DNA from: an uncultured delta proteobacterium | GTDB lineage: Bacteria; Desulfobacterota; Binatia; UBA9968 | Assembly (NCBI GenBank): GCA_963847445.1 | Contig: CAWJZV010000002.1 | Coordinates: 1 to 64,000, forward strand | DNA length: 64,000 nucleotides | Direction: 5' to 3' | In this document: in pieces, positions 9,648 through 19,791 of the stretch | Position numbering within the stretch: position 1 is the stretch's first letter | Layout of the letters: every line of letters starts with the position of its first letter | Program-made: the position numbers and the translations under genes | Notes under the pieces: generated by a model | Told to the model about the DNA's origin: nothing | Seen by the model: only the letters and a program-made list of their open reading frames with translations | The model's database searches: none

Positions 9648-9830
9648 TATGAATTGCAGAATTGCCGCTTCGCCGCGGCGTTGCCGAGAATTTTATCTTT
9701 TTGCTTCGCCGTCAGATCCATTCGCGCATGGATTGCCGACGGGGTGTGAGGAGATCCTCAGTCGAAGTGCGGATCGTCAGTGACAATCATATCATTATGG
9801 TCCTCGCCGGCTTACTGCCACATGAAGCGC
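9648..9830 (-). pseudogene. Amidohydrolase_2 C-terminal remnant (copy B)
   Basis: DDPHFD*GSPHTPSAIHARMDLTAKQKDKILGNAAAK; clearly alignable with copy A at DNA level. Confidence 0.65.
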
Positions 9831-9862
9831 GCATGGGTTCCGTTAGACTTGCAAACCTTGTG

Positions 9863-11107
9863 TCATCCCCTATCCCTACCGACGGTCTCTTGCACCGAGA
9901 AGGTCAACAGCGCCGCAGTGATCAAGGCGAAAAAAGCCGTCATGCTAAAGGCTGCGGCATAAGATACATGATCGGCGACGAATCCGAACATCGCCGGGCT
10001 GACCAAGCCGCCGATCTCACCGATCAAGCGCCAGAAGCCAAAGAAGCGTCCACGGGCGTTGGCCGGCGCCATATCCGAGCCTAACACCTGCATGCTGCCC
10101 GCGGTGACCGCCTGGCCGCAATGCACCCAAAGAAAACCGCCGATGAAATAAACAAAACCCCACTGCCAATCGGCGCCGGCGGCGAGAAAAAACAGGCCAA
10201 GCGCCATCAAGGCGAAACCGGGAACCATGGTGGTCTTGCGGCCGAAGCGGTCCATCAAGTAGCCGCAGCAGAGCGTAATCGGAATGCCGACGATGGTGCT
10301 CATGGTCGCCAGACCCCCCAATCCCTGGGGGCCGACATCGTAGGCAAAGGTGGCATAGAGCAACATGGTGCCGCCCCACAGTACACCACGGGTCATCGAG
10401 GCAAAAAATTGCGCGCAGAAAAAGCCGCGGTAGCGGCGATTCCACATCAGGGCGATTATTTCACGTGTACTCGGGTGGCTGTCCGCGTCCACGCCATTTT
10501 TTGCCTTGGGGTTGGGCGCCGACTCGCGCAATAGAAAGATGCTCGGCAGGATCGCCAGCACGGACAAAATTCCGTGCACGACAAAAGGCACGCGGATACT
10601 CCAGCCCGCCAGCACGCCGCCCAACGCCGGACCGATCAGCCGCCCTGCCCCTTCGGTACCGATCATGCCGGTCATCTGGCGGCCGCGTTGGCGCTGTTTG
10701 CCGACATCGGCGACCATCGCCAAGCGCGCTTGGCGCCACATCTCCATGGCCGCGCCGCCGATGAAGCGATAGGCCAGCAACTGCGTAAACGAGCCAGCCA
10801 ACGCGGTTAGAATCGACGACAGCGCCATCAACAGCGGGCCGATGAGCAGCACCGGCCGGCGGCCGATGCGGTCGATGAGAAATCCGCTGGGTACGGCGGC
10901 GATCAGCCCACCCAAGGCGTGCATGACGATCACCAACGAAGCGACGGCGAAGCCCTTGTCGAAGGACTTGGCGAACACGGGAATAGCCGGAGTCGCGATG
11001 CTGTAGCCCAGAGCGAAAACAAAGGCCGGGAAATACAGCGTGAGAAACTGATCGTAGCCATAGATGGCGCGCCGTTCTGTTGGGTCTGATGGTTTGAGAT
11101 CGGCCAT
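9863..11107 (-). CDS. MFS transporter
   Basis: About 12 hydrophobic segments; motif A GFLIDRIGRR and GYLMDRFGRK; start probably ATG 11107. Confidence 0.9.
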   Translation of the reverse strand: MADLKPSDPTERRAIYGYDQFLTLYFPAFVFALGYSIATPAIPVFAKSFDKGFAVASLVIVMHALGGLIAAVPSGFLIDRIGRRPVLLIGPLLMALSSILTALAGSFTQLLAYRFIGGAAMEMWRQARLAMVADVGKQRQRGRQMTGMIGTEGAGRLIGPALGGVLAGWSIRVPFVVHGILSVLAILPSIFLLRESAPNPKAKNGVDADSHPSTREIIALMWNRRYRGFFCAQFFASMTRGVLWGGTMLLYATFAYDVGPQGLGGLATMSTIVGIPITLCCGYLMDRFGRKTTMVPGFALMALGLFFLAAGADWQWGFVYFIGGFLWVHCGQAVTAGSMQVLGSDMAPANARGRFFGFWRLIGEIGGLVSPAMFGFVADHVSYAAAFSMTAFFALITAALLTFSVQETVGRDRG

Positions 11108-11290
11108 GCCGGAATGCGCGGCACTTTCCAGTTTAATTAGAAAAGGAAAGCGTCGTAGCTCAAAAAAATTGCTGCGCCCGAGCGCAGCCACTGAATATTA
11201 GCGGATTAGCACAGCCGTGCAACGTCGCGGCCGGGCTAGGCCCAATTTTTGGCTTGCAGGGAGCAAGCGAATACGATAAAACCACGATCT

Positions 11291-11776
11291 ATGGCGCCCC
11301 GGTACAACCACGCACGCGAGCTGCGCACCATCGGCCAACAGCTCGCCAAGCAAAACATCGACATCTTCGATTTGCGCTACGATGACGGCGATTATGTCCT
11401 GGTCTGCGGCGATCCGAATCCGCCTTTCACCGATCTGATCCATCTCAGATATTCAACCTTCGAGCTCAAATCCCTCGAATTCCGCGCCATCGAGACACGA
11501 AGCTCCGAATTCAAGTACGTGGAGTTCACAGGTCTGGGAGAAATCCTCCGCACCATCGGCCGCCATGTCGAGCGACTCGAGGCCAAATTAGTGAGTATCT
11601 CGGCGCCGGATTCCATATCCGACGGCAGCATCTTCAAGATCGAATACGAAACCCGCATGGGTCGATATCGCAGTGAGGATATGGTTGCCAACGATATCGC
11701 CAGTCTGGCCATGCGCATGTATAAAGAGCGCGCCCATATCAACGGCGGTTCTCGCGAAGGCCGCTCCGCGACGTAA
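11291..11776 (+). CDS. Hypothetical protein
   Basis: About 160 aa ORF with natural composition; internal repeat ELRTIGQ / EILRTIGR. Confidence 0.65.
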   Translation: MAPRYNHARELRTIGQQLAKQNIDIFDLRYDDGDYVLVCGDPNPPFTDLIHLRYSTFELKSLEFRAIETRSSEFKYVEFTGLGEILRTIGRHVERLEAKLVSISAPDSISDGSIFKIEYETRMGRYRSEDMVANDIASLAMRMYKERAHINGGSREGRSAT

Positions 11777-11819
11777 CTTTGCCGGCCAATCTATCGGAGC
11801 GAGCGCTGCGCCAACCGAT

Positions 11820-13302
11820 CTAAAGTTTGCCCGCACTCCCCTGGCGCTCCAGGCGGATCGCCAGATCGCCGCGCTGCACGACAACTTGGCGGAACTTTTT
11901 CTGCTTACTCAGTTCCCCGATCAGTAGCACCAGTGGCTGTTGCCCGCTCAAGTACGCGCGCACCGGTGCCGCACCTTTCATCCGCTCGACATCGTCCTTG
12001 CCGGCAAAGAAGCGCAATAACAATTCGTCGTCGGAGACTCCGGCGCCAGCCAACTTGACGCGAAATTGTTGCAGCGTGAGCTCCGGCGCTTGGCCGTTCT
12101 TCAACTGCCGCGCCCGCGGCCGGTTGAGAATTTGGTCCTTCACATCGGCGTCGATGGATGCGCTTTCTTCCTCGCCCCAGGTTCCGAGCGCGTACTGAAT
12201 CACTTCGTCGGTGCATTCTTTATAGCGCTCGCCGAGAATGACATTCATCGCCGCCTGGACGCCGACGAACTGCGAGTACGGCGTGACCATGATCGGATAG
12301 CCCAACTCCTGGCGCACCCGGGCGACTTCCTCCAACACTTCGCCAACGCGATGAGCCATACCGAGCTTGCCAAGCTGAAAACGAAAGTTGGAAATCATCC
12401 CGCCGGGAACTTGGTGGCGGTAGTGATAGCTATCGTATTCGCGCGGCGCTCCGGGAGTAAAACCCTCGCGCTTGGCGATAAAATTGAAATGCCTTTCCAC
12501 CGGCTTTAGCACCGCTTCATCAATGGCGGTGCGATAGCCTAATGCCCGGGCGTTTCTCGCAACCGTGAATAGCGACGGATTCGATGAGCCGTTGGCTAGC
12601 GGTGGGATGGCGGTGTTGATCGAGCGGATGCCTAGCTTGATCGCCTCATAGCAGCACATGGGCCCAAGCCCGGTAATGCAATGGGTATGAAACTCGAGCG
12701 GGACATTGCCGACAGCGCCAATGTACTGCGGGGACCAAGGTTCGAGTTCGATCAGGCGTCAACAGAGCGCCAGGGTCTTTGATGCAGATGCGTGCCGGTC
12801 GCAGCGCCGCCGCCTGCCGCGCGCGCTCAACGTAATAACCATCCGAATGCTTGGGCGACTCGGAAAAAGTGAGGTTGATAATCGTCGCTACACCCACTTC
12901 ATTTGCCGAGCGCACCATCTCAGCCCAATTGGCCGCGGTATTGGACGGATCGGAGCTGCGCAGCTCGCGAATGCCATTGGCGGCGAGCCGCTCCAGCCAC
13001 AACTGGGTCGCACAAGCCGGCGTCACCTGGAAGCCCGCCATATAGCGATTGCGGATGCCGCGCAGCGGCGTCTTGGCGACGCGCTGGCGCACCAGGCGAA
13101 TGCGCTCCCAGATGTCTTCCTTGAATTCCCGGCAAGCCTTTTTGAAAAACGACGGCGCGATGAGTTCGATGGCTTCGAACCCAGCCTGATCCATGCGCTC
13201 GGCGATCGGCAGAATCATCCCGGTCAGCATTCCTTCGGCCCACAAACTCTGATGGCCATCACGCAGCGTAGTATCGACGAAGCGAATCTCATCCATGATC
13301 AT
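11820..13302 (-). CDS. Pyruvate/oxaloacetate carboxyltransferase (OadA/PycB-like) without biotin-carrier domain; frameshifted near 12700
   Basis: DTTLRDGHQSL, CIKD, HQVPGGMISN, LGYPIMVTPYSQFVG. Confidence 0.85.
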
Positions 13303-13795
13303 GTGCCTTCGCCATCGACATACTTCCACGCGCTAAACGTCGCCGCCTGGCCGTAGTGCGCGCCATTCTCGTCCAGCAGGTTCCACACCGTCGCGTTGTC
13401 AATCAAAAATCGCCGCCCGGTTTTGGAAATGCGAATACCGCGATAGTCGTCAATGAAGCCCTTGCGCGTCACCTGCATCGAGCAAGCGCGCCCGTTCGTC
13501 ACGATGCACCGGCTCGGCGGTCAAGCGCGATGGCGTTCGCATCAACTCAGCCCAGCTAAGCTCGAAGAGCTGCATGCCGGCGCGGTTGCCGTAGTTGAGA
13601 ATCGGATCGGCTGCGGTGTTATGCGACAAAACCGCAAACGGCGCATAAAATATCTGCCGCGCTTGCTCGACCAACGGCAACTCGCGGTCGACTAGGTCGC
13701 GCCCGGTCCAGCGACGCAGACTGGCGAGTAAAAGCGCGACGTGGTCGGCTGAGAAACTGATTTTCTTCGCAGGGATCGAGGCAATAGGAATTCAT
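13299..13795 (-). CDS. MEKHLA domain protein (frameshifted)
   Basis: APFAVLSHNTAADPILNYGN, PSRLTAE, GFIDDYRGIRISKTGRRFLIDNATVWNL. Confidence 0.85.
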
Positions 13796-13847
13796 CGTAG
13801 GCATCGACAGATCACATGACGAACTGCGAGGTGTGAACCTGAAACTT

Positions 13848-13880
13848 AACGGGGCCGGTGCTGCGCACCCGGCCCCGTTT
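13848..13880 (-). terminator. Hairpin / probable intrinsic terminator after flavoprotein gene
   Basis: AACGGGGCCGG...CCGGCCCCGTT inverted repeat. Confidence 0.55.
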
Positions 13881-13908
13881 GTATCAACCCATTTCGGAAA
13901 TTTCTTCC

Positions 13909-15645
13909 TTATCCCCTGCTCGGCTCCTTCGCCGCGTTCATCCCGGAAATAAACCCCTGGGTCGTGCAGCGGCCCAAGCCATGTTGGTTGAAGCCGCCGG
14001 CGCTTTCGCCGGCGCAGTAGAGGCCGGGAATGACTTGGCCGTTCATATCCAGGACTTGGCACTTGGCGTTGATGCGCAAGCCGGAGCGGGTGTCATGGAC
14101 GTTGGGCGTGCCCCAGGCGGCGTAGAACGGCGGCTTTCTCGATCTTGTACTTGGGCGACGGCTTGCCGAAGTCTTCGTCCTTGCCGGCATCGACAAAGGA
14201 GTTGTAGCGCGCCACGGTGGCTTCCAAGACTTCGCCTTTCATCGGCTTGGCTTGAAACTCGTTCTTGATCTTGGCGGCCAGCTCTTTAAGCGTATTGGCG
14301 CTGAAGAAATAGCCGTCGGGATCGACGTAGGGCGGCTCGACGTTCCACTTGTTGCGCGCCACCGCGTCTGCAGTCGAAGATCGCCCAGATCGGCCCGGCG
14401 GAATATTCCGGCGGCTCCGAGTATTCGTTCATCGCCACGGCGGCATTGAAAAAGTTGTAGTTGCTCGGGTGGTAGTGAATGTTCTCGTTGTTGCGATAAT
14501 CGTTGGGCGTGTAGGGATCGATGTCGCCGCAAACGTTGCCGTGCGGATAATCGCCTTTGGTCTCGTCGTAGAAGCGCTTGCCGACCTGGTTGACCAGGAT
14601 CAGATTCTGCCAATCTTTCAACGCTCAATCCTTGCGCCCGCACCAGCGGGAAGATCGGACTTTCGAGCTCCCAAGTCATGTAATTCCATTTCGTGCCGAG
14701 CACCCGTTGGGCAGCGAATGTTATCGCCGTTCTCCAGGGTCTGGTTCACCAAGCCCCACAGCGACGCGCCGATCTCCATGGCGGCGCGCTCGCCGCTGGC
14801 GTCCTGATAGCTGTAGGGTTCGCCGGCGACGGTGCAGCACTTCGGTCAGGCGCGGATCGAACATGCGCCGGAAGTTCACGTCGCTGGTCATGCCGCCGGT
14901 GGCGACGATCACGCCTTTCTTGGCGCGGATGCGCACGCTCGGCTTGGTGCTGTCGATATTGCCGTCGGAACGAAAGCTCTTCAGCGGCGTCGATTGTCCC
15001 GGCATGATCGCGCGGCGTGTACTCGGCGCTGATACCGATCACCGCGCCGCTCTTCTGCCCCTCGCGGACGAAGCCGGTCATCTTGTAGTTGAGCAAAAAC
15101 TTCACGCCCTTTTCGCGCGCGCTGTCTTCCAGTGGCCGAATCACTCCGGTGCCTGGCCGCGCGTTGGGACTTTCGAAGCCGGCGCCTTTGGTCCAAAAGG
15201 CATGATTCTCCCGCGGCGCCGAATTGCCCAAATTGTGACCGCCCTGATTGTCGGGCGGGATCGTCTTGAATTCACGCCGTTGTCGATGAGAAATTCATAG
15301 GTCGGCGCACAATGATCGGCAAAGGCGCGCATGACTTCGCGGTCGTTGTAGCGGTAATCCGGCCAGCCGTTGTTTTGCACTACGGTCCAGTCGGTGAGAT
15401 CGGAGAATACCGTGTCGGCAGAATCGGCGATGCCGTATTTCTTCTGCGCACTGGTGCCGCCGCCGAGCGGCACGTTGCCGCCGCTGACGATCGCATGGCC
15501 GCCAATATCGTAGTTAGCTTCGACGACGATCACCGAACGCACCGTCGTCGCGCGCTTTGATCGCCGCCGGCAAGCCCGCCGCTCCCGCGCCGATCACCAC
15601 GACATCCGCTTCGAGATCCCAGCTATTCGCTCCTGCTTGTGCCAT
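13909..15645 (-). CDS. FAD-binding oxidoreductase (FAD_binding_2; flavocytochrome c/KstD-like), several frameshifts
   Basis: ADVVVIGAGAAGL, SGG, RAKKGVIVATGG, IPGLYCAGE motifs spread over successive frames. Confidence 0.8.
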
Positions 15646-15734
15646 CGCTCTATCCTCCCGCTGTACTGTGAAGATTTAGACTCGCTTATAACCAGTACGA
15701 TAAAATTACAAGAGCAAAGCCAATGGAAAGGTAT

Positions 15735-16197
15735 AAGTGAAAAGGTAAAAGGCAAAACGGGTTAGTGCTTTGGTGATTTTTTTGCGTTAATGATGATGGT
15801 GCCGATGACTCGGGAAATCTCTTCCGCCTCGGGCACCAAGGATTTGAACTGACCCCCGACGAGATCACCACTCGCATATAACAGGCGCAACCAATAAATC
15901 GACTCGCGGGCTTCCTTCAATGCGATACTATACTTACTGATAAAATCCGCTCGGCTCTGACCAGCCTGAGCCTCCTCAACATTCGCGCCAATAGAAGTGC
16001 CCGAACGTAGGAGCTGGCGACCTAAGGTGCGATTCACCCCGGGTTTCTCGTCCAGTAAACGGCAGAACTTGACGATCTCCACGGCAAATTCAAACGTCCG
16101 TTCCTTGATGTCGCGATATTTCGCTTTCGAGTCCATTGTCTCGACACTCCTTCTCTCTGGAAGTCCTATTCAAGTTTTGCCTTTTACCTTTTTACTT
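15735..16197. repeat. 24-bp inverted repeats of 7-mer units flanking the four-helix-bundle gene
   Basis: AAGTGAAAAGGTAAAAGGCAAAAC (15735-15758) vs GTTTTGCCTTTTACCTTTTTACTT (16174-16197); one mismatch. Confidence 0.85.
15762..16136 (-). CDS. Four helix bundle protein (23S rRNA IVP / bAvd-like family)
   Basis: ERTFEFA..QLLRSGTSIGANVEEAQAGQSRADFISKYSIALKEARESIYWL. Confidence 0.92.
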   Translation of the reverse strand: MDSKAKYRDIKERTFEFAVEIVKFCRLLDEKPGVNRTLGRQLLRSGTSIGANVEEAQAGQSRADFISKYSIALKEARESIYWLRLLYASGDLVGGQFKSLVPEAEEISRVIGTIIINAKKSPKH

Positions 16198-16280
16198 TTG
16201 CCTTACGCAATCACTTTGCTCACCCGCAAGACTTCAACTGTGATACATATTGCACTAGCTAAATCACCGGAGGTATAACC

Positions 16281-16823
16281 ATGCCACGACTACCCGAGCT
16301 AAATGAAGCGAAACTTTCGCCGGAACAGAAAGTTATTTACGACGACATCATGCGCGTGCGCGGACGGGTGCGCGGGCCGTTCGCGGTGTGGCTGCGCAAT
16401 GCCGAGCTCGCCGAGGGCGCTCTAAAGCTGCAAGACATGTTCGCGGCGCGGGTGCAGATGGAGCGGCGCCTGATCCAGTTGATGATCTTGGTGGCGGCGC
16501 GCTTCGCCAGCGCGCAGTATGCCTGGCATATCCACGAGCCCCATGCGCTGCAGCATGGGATCTCGCCGGCGATTGTCGAAGCGATCCGCGAGCGGCGCAC
16601 GCCGGACTTTACCCGTGAAGACGAGCGGTTGGTTTACGATATTACTCTGGAGCTCAACACTACCCAGCGCCTTTCGGATACAACATTCGGCCGCGGCATG
16701 GCGCTGTTCGGCGAACAGCAAATGGTCGAGCTAGTCTCCGGCGTGGGCTTTTACGCCATGGTGGCGCTGACCCTCAACGCCTTCGACGTGGAGGTTCCCG
16801 ACGGCAAGAAGCCGTTGGGTTGA
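16281..16823 (+). CDS. Carboxymuconolactone decarboxylase (CMD/AhpD-like) family protein
   Basis: RGPFAVWL, YAWHIH, VELVSGVGFYAM; GGAGG RBS. Confidence 0.8.
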   Translation: MPRLPELNEAKLSPEQKVIYDDIMRVRGRVRGPFAVWLRNAELAEGALKLQDMFAARVQMERRLIQLMILVAARFASAQYAWHIHEPHALQHGISPAIVEAIRERRTPDFTREDERLVYDITLELNTTQRLSDTTFGRGMALFGEQQMVELVSGVGFYAMVALTLNAFDVEVPDGKKPLG

Positions 16824-16829
16824 GCTACG

Positions 16830-16964
16830 CTAGGATTTCTTAGCTGCGGGTTTTGGCGCCTCGGGGCGCTTGCCGATTTGTTCGCCTTTGGCCAGTTGCT
16901 GGTACTTGAGCTCGATGCGTTTATCCATCGCCGCGTACTTCTTCGCCCAATCTTCTGGTTTCAT
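16830..16964 (-). CDS. Small hypothetical protein (44 aa)
   Basis: MKPEDWAKKYAAMDKRIELKYQQLAKGEQIGKRPEAPKPAAKKS; GGGAGG RBS; below ORF-track cutoff. Confidence 0.55.
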   Translation of the reverse strand: MKPEDWAKKYAAMDKRIELKYQQLAKGEQIGKRPEAPKPAAKKS

Positions 16965-17225
16965 TGCTAGCCTCCCAAAATGGTTTCATTAGAAATACTC
17001 AACAGGACTGTGAAAAGCCAGCGCGTGGGTCAACAAAACTGGACTCTAATTCCGTCATTCCCGTGCAAACGGCAACCAGGTTTGTTCAGACCGTCGCGGG
17101 AAGATGGCGGCGGCGCTGTCAGCCCTAACAAGGAGTAAATCTCATCAAACTGAAGCGGCACGACAAATCCAATTGACTTGCGGTCGTTCGCCTGTCGATA
17201 TTAACTTAGCAGTGAGTTCCGATCC

Positions 17226-19520
17226 ATGGCCGAATCCCGCATAGTACGCACCGTCTGCGACCCTAATTGCCACGCCAGCCCGCGCTGCGGCATCACGGCT
17301 CACGTCGTCGACGGCCGTATCGACAAGATCGAAGCCGGTCGCTTTCCGCTCGCCGAATATGACCGGCGCATTTGCGCCATGGGCATGGCGCGGCTCGAAC
17401 AACAATATCACCCGGATCGGTTGCACTACCCGCTCCAACGCCTCGGCCGGCGCGGCCAAGGCAAATGGCAACGGATCAGTTGGGATCGCGCCTACGAACT
17501 TCTCGCCGAACAATTGCGCAACGTTGGTGATCAATACGGCTCACGCTCCCTGGCCTTTTTCACCGGCAGCGGCGCGGCGGGAGTTCTCACCAAAGGCTCG
17601 GTGCAACGCTTCGCCGCCGCCATCGGCGGCACGGCTTACCGCGCCGGCGGCGTCGACTACGGCGTGCCCAAGGGATTGGAGTACACCTTTGGCATTCCAG
17701 CCTCGACCTATTTCAGACCTGGCGGCCATGAGTACGCCGACGCGATGAATTCGCAACTGATCCTTCTCTGGGGCGGCAACGCTGCCGATACCCGGCTGGT
17801 GGATTTTCACTTTGTCCTGGCGGCGCAGCGGCGCGGCGCCAAGATTATCTGCATCGATCCCAACCGCAGCGCGACGGCACAGCATGCCGATCAGTGGATT
17901 TCACCGCGGCCGGGCACCGATACCGCCCTGGCACTCGCGCTGCTCAACGAGATCATTGCCCAGGATCTTTATGATCGCGAATTTCTCATGCGCCATACCA
18001 ATGCGCCATTCTTGGTGCGACGCGACAACGGCGCTTTGCTGCGCGGCATGGACATCAAACGCGGCGCGTCCGGCGAGTATCTGGTTTGGGATTCAGCCAG
18101 CGATGAAGCTCGCACCGTCAGCGAAGCAAGCGCGCCGCCGCTAACTGGCGTGTATCAAGTGGCGACCGATTTCGGCGCCACGATCGATTGCCTGCCGGCG
18201 TTTCAGCTACTGCAAAATCTCTGCGCAGAATATTCGCTCGAGCGCGCAGCGGAAATCACCGGCATTCCGGCTGACGCCATTCGCCGGCTGGCTGTAGAAT
18301 TAGCCAACGTCAAACCGGCGGCGATACGCATTGGCTACGGCGTTGACCGCTGGTACTACGCCGACTACACCGCCCGCGCGGTCGCGAATCTAGCCATCGC
18401 CACCGGCAACATCGGCATCCCCGGCGGCGGCATCAGCGTCCACGACGGCACCTACGCTGCGCCGTTAAACTTGCGGCCGTTGCGCACTCCCGGCGGCCGG
18501 GAAGCGGCGACTCTCGACATCATCGGCCTGATGCAAGCCATCGAACATGGCGAGCCCTACCCGGTGAAATCGCTCTGGCTCTCGGCTTCAAATATGTTCA
18601 ATCAAACCTCGGCCAATCGCAGCCGGGTGTTGCGTGAAATTTTGCCCAAGTTGGAGCTGCTGGTGGTGGTCGAGCAGTTCATGACCGACAGCGCAGCGTT
18701 AGCCGATATCGTTCTGCCCGCCTGCACGATTTTTGAAAAGAACGATTTGATCGCCGCGATGTTTCTCCAACTGCAACGCCAGGTGGTCCCCCCGGAGGGC
18801 GAAAGTAAGGCTGACTGGGATATCATGGCCGGCTTGGCCCGGCGCATGGGGCTTGGACAACACTTCGAGCGCCGACCGGAGGATTATTTGCGCGAGATGC
18901 TCGATAGTGACGATGCCTTGCTCAAAGGCATTACTCTCGAACGATTGCAGGGGGAAGATGCGATCTTGCTCAACCGCCCGACCGCGCCCTATGTCGGCTT
19001 CGCCGATTTGCGGTTTAAGACGCCGTCAGGACGCATCGAAATCTATAAGGAAGAACTGCTTAAACATGGCGCGGAATTGCCCTACTACCGCGAGCCCATC
19101 GAGGCGAGTCCCCAGAATCCAATCTTTTCGAAGTATCCGCTGACATTACTCTTCTCCCACAGCCGTCATCGGGTTCATTCGACCTTCGCCAATCTGGCCA
19201 AAGCAAAGCAGCACGAACCCGAACCCCTGGTCGAGATTCCTCCGGACGACGCTGCGCGCCGCGGCTTAGCCGATGGCCAGCTCGTGCGGGTCTACAACCA
19301 GCGTGGCCGCGTCGAGTTAAAGTGCCGGCTCAATGCCGATCTCCGTCCCGGCGTGGTGGTGATCTCGGAAGGCTCCTGGGTGAAAGATTTCCCCAAAGGC
19401 GAGCCCTACAGCTTGACCCACGAACAGGTGAGCCCGACTTCGGACAACTATGCTTTCTTTGACACCCTTGTAGAAATCGAACTGGCTGGCGATGGGCGCG
19501 AAGATCCTCGGACCAGTTGA
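17226..19520 (+). CDS. Molybdopterin (bis-MGD) oxidoreductase, DMSO reductase superfamily, catalytic subunit
   Basis: N-terminal CDPNC..C..C Fe-S motif, HPDRLHYPL, PGTDTALA, ADIVLPA, TPSGRIE, RVHSTF; no Tat leader. Confidence 0.9.
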   Translation: MAESRIVRTVCDPNCHASPRCGITAHVVDGRIDKIEAGRFPLAEYDRRICAMGMARLEQQYHPDRLHYPLQRLGRRGQGKWQRISWDRAYELLAEQLRNVGDQYGSRSLAFFTGSGAAGVLTKGSVQRFAAAIGGTAYRAGGVDYGVPKGLEYTFGIPASTYFRPGGHEYADAMNSQLILLWGGNAADTRLVDFHFVLAAQRRGAKIICIDPNRSATAQHADQWISPRPGTDTALALALLNEIIAQDLYDREFLMRHTNAPFLVRRDNGALLRGMDIKRGASGEYLVWDSASDEARTVSEASAPPLTGVYQVATDFGATIDCLPAFQLLQNLCAEYSLERAAEITGIPADAIRRLAVELANVKPAAIRIGYGVDRWYYADYTARAVANLAIATGNIGIPGGGISVHDGTYAAPLNLRPLRTPGGREAATLDIIGLMQAIEHGEPYPVKSLWLSASNMFNQTSANRSRVLREILPKLELLVVVEQFMTDSAALADIVLPACTIFEKNDLIAAMFLQLQRQVVPPEGESKADWDIMAGLARRMGLGQHFERRPEDYLREMLDSDDALLKGITLERLQGEDAILLNRPTAPYVGFADLRFKTPSGRIEIYKEELLKHGAELPYYREPIEASPQNPIFSKYPLTLLFSHSRHRVHSTFANLAKAKQHEPEPLVEIPPDDAARRGLADGQLVRVYNQRGRVELKCRLNADLRPGVVVISEGSWVKDFPKGEPYSLTHEQVSPTSDNYAFFDTLVEIELAGDGREDPRTS

Positions 19521-19585
19521 TGCACAACCAAGAACGTGGCGATCTGGGAGTTGGAGAGAACACCCCGCCAAGGCGTCATCTTATT

Positions 19586-19699
19586 CCGTCATTCCCGTGA
19601 CAACGGGAATCCAGGCCCATTATCCGCCTGGATACCGTTATTCAACGGTATGACGGACAGTGTCCGTCACCTGGATTCCCGCGTGCGCGGGAATGACGG
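19586..19699. repeat. REP-like palindromic element, GTCATTCCCG...CGGGAATGAC family
   Basis: Nested hairpins; related copies at about 17053, 56122-56204, 62447-62581, 63713-63796. Confidence 0.8.
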
Positions 19700-19791
19700 T
19701 CGGAACGCAAACGTAGAAAGATAGTTTTACAATTCGCTGCGGCTCCACGGTGCCTGATCTTATACCGCGGCGTGCCGGAAGATCTAATTCG

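Noticed and set aside
8288-9770. Selenocysteine or pyrrolysine readthrough at the shared PHFD* stops
   Set aside because: Stops differ (TAG vs TGA) and both fragments lack their 5' regions; decay is simpler.
8183-9830. DGR template/variable repeat pair, given the Avd-like gene at 15762
   Set aside because: Differences between the copies are not adenine-specific and no reverse transcriptase is in the window.
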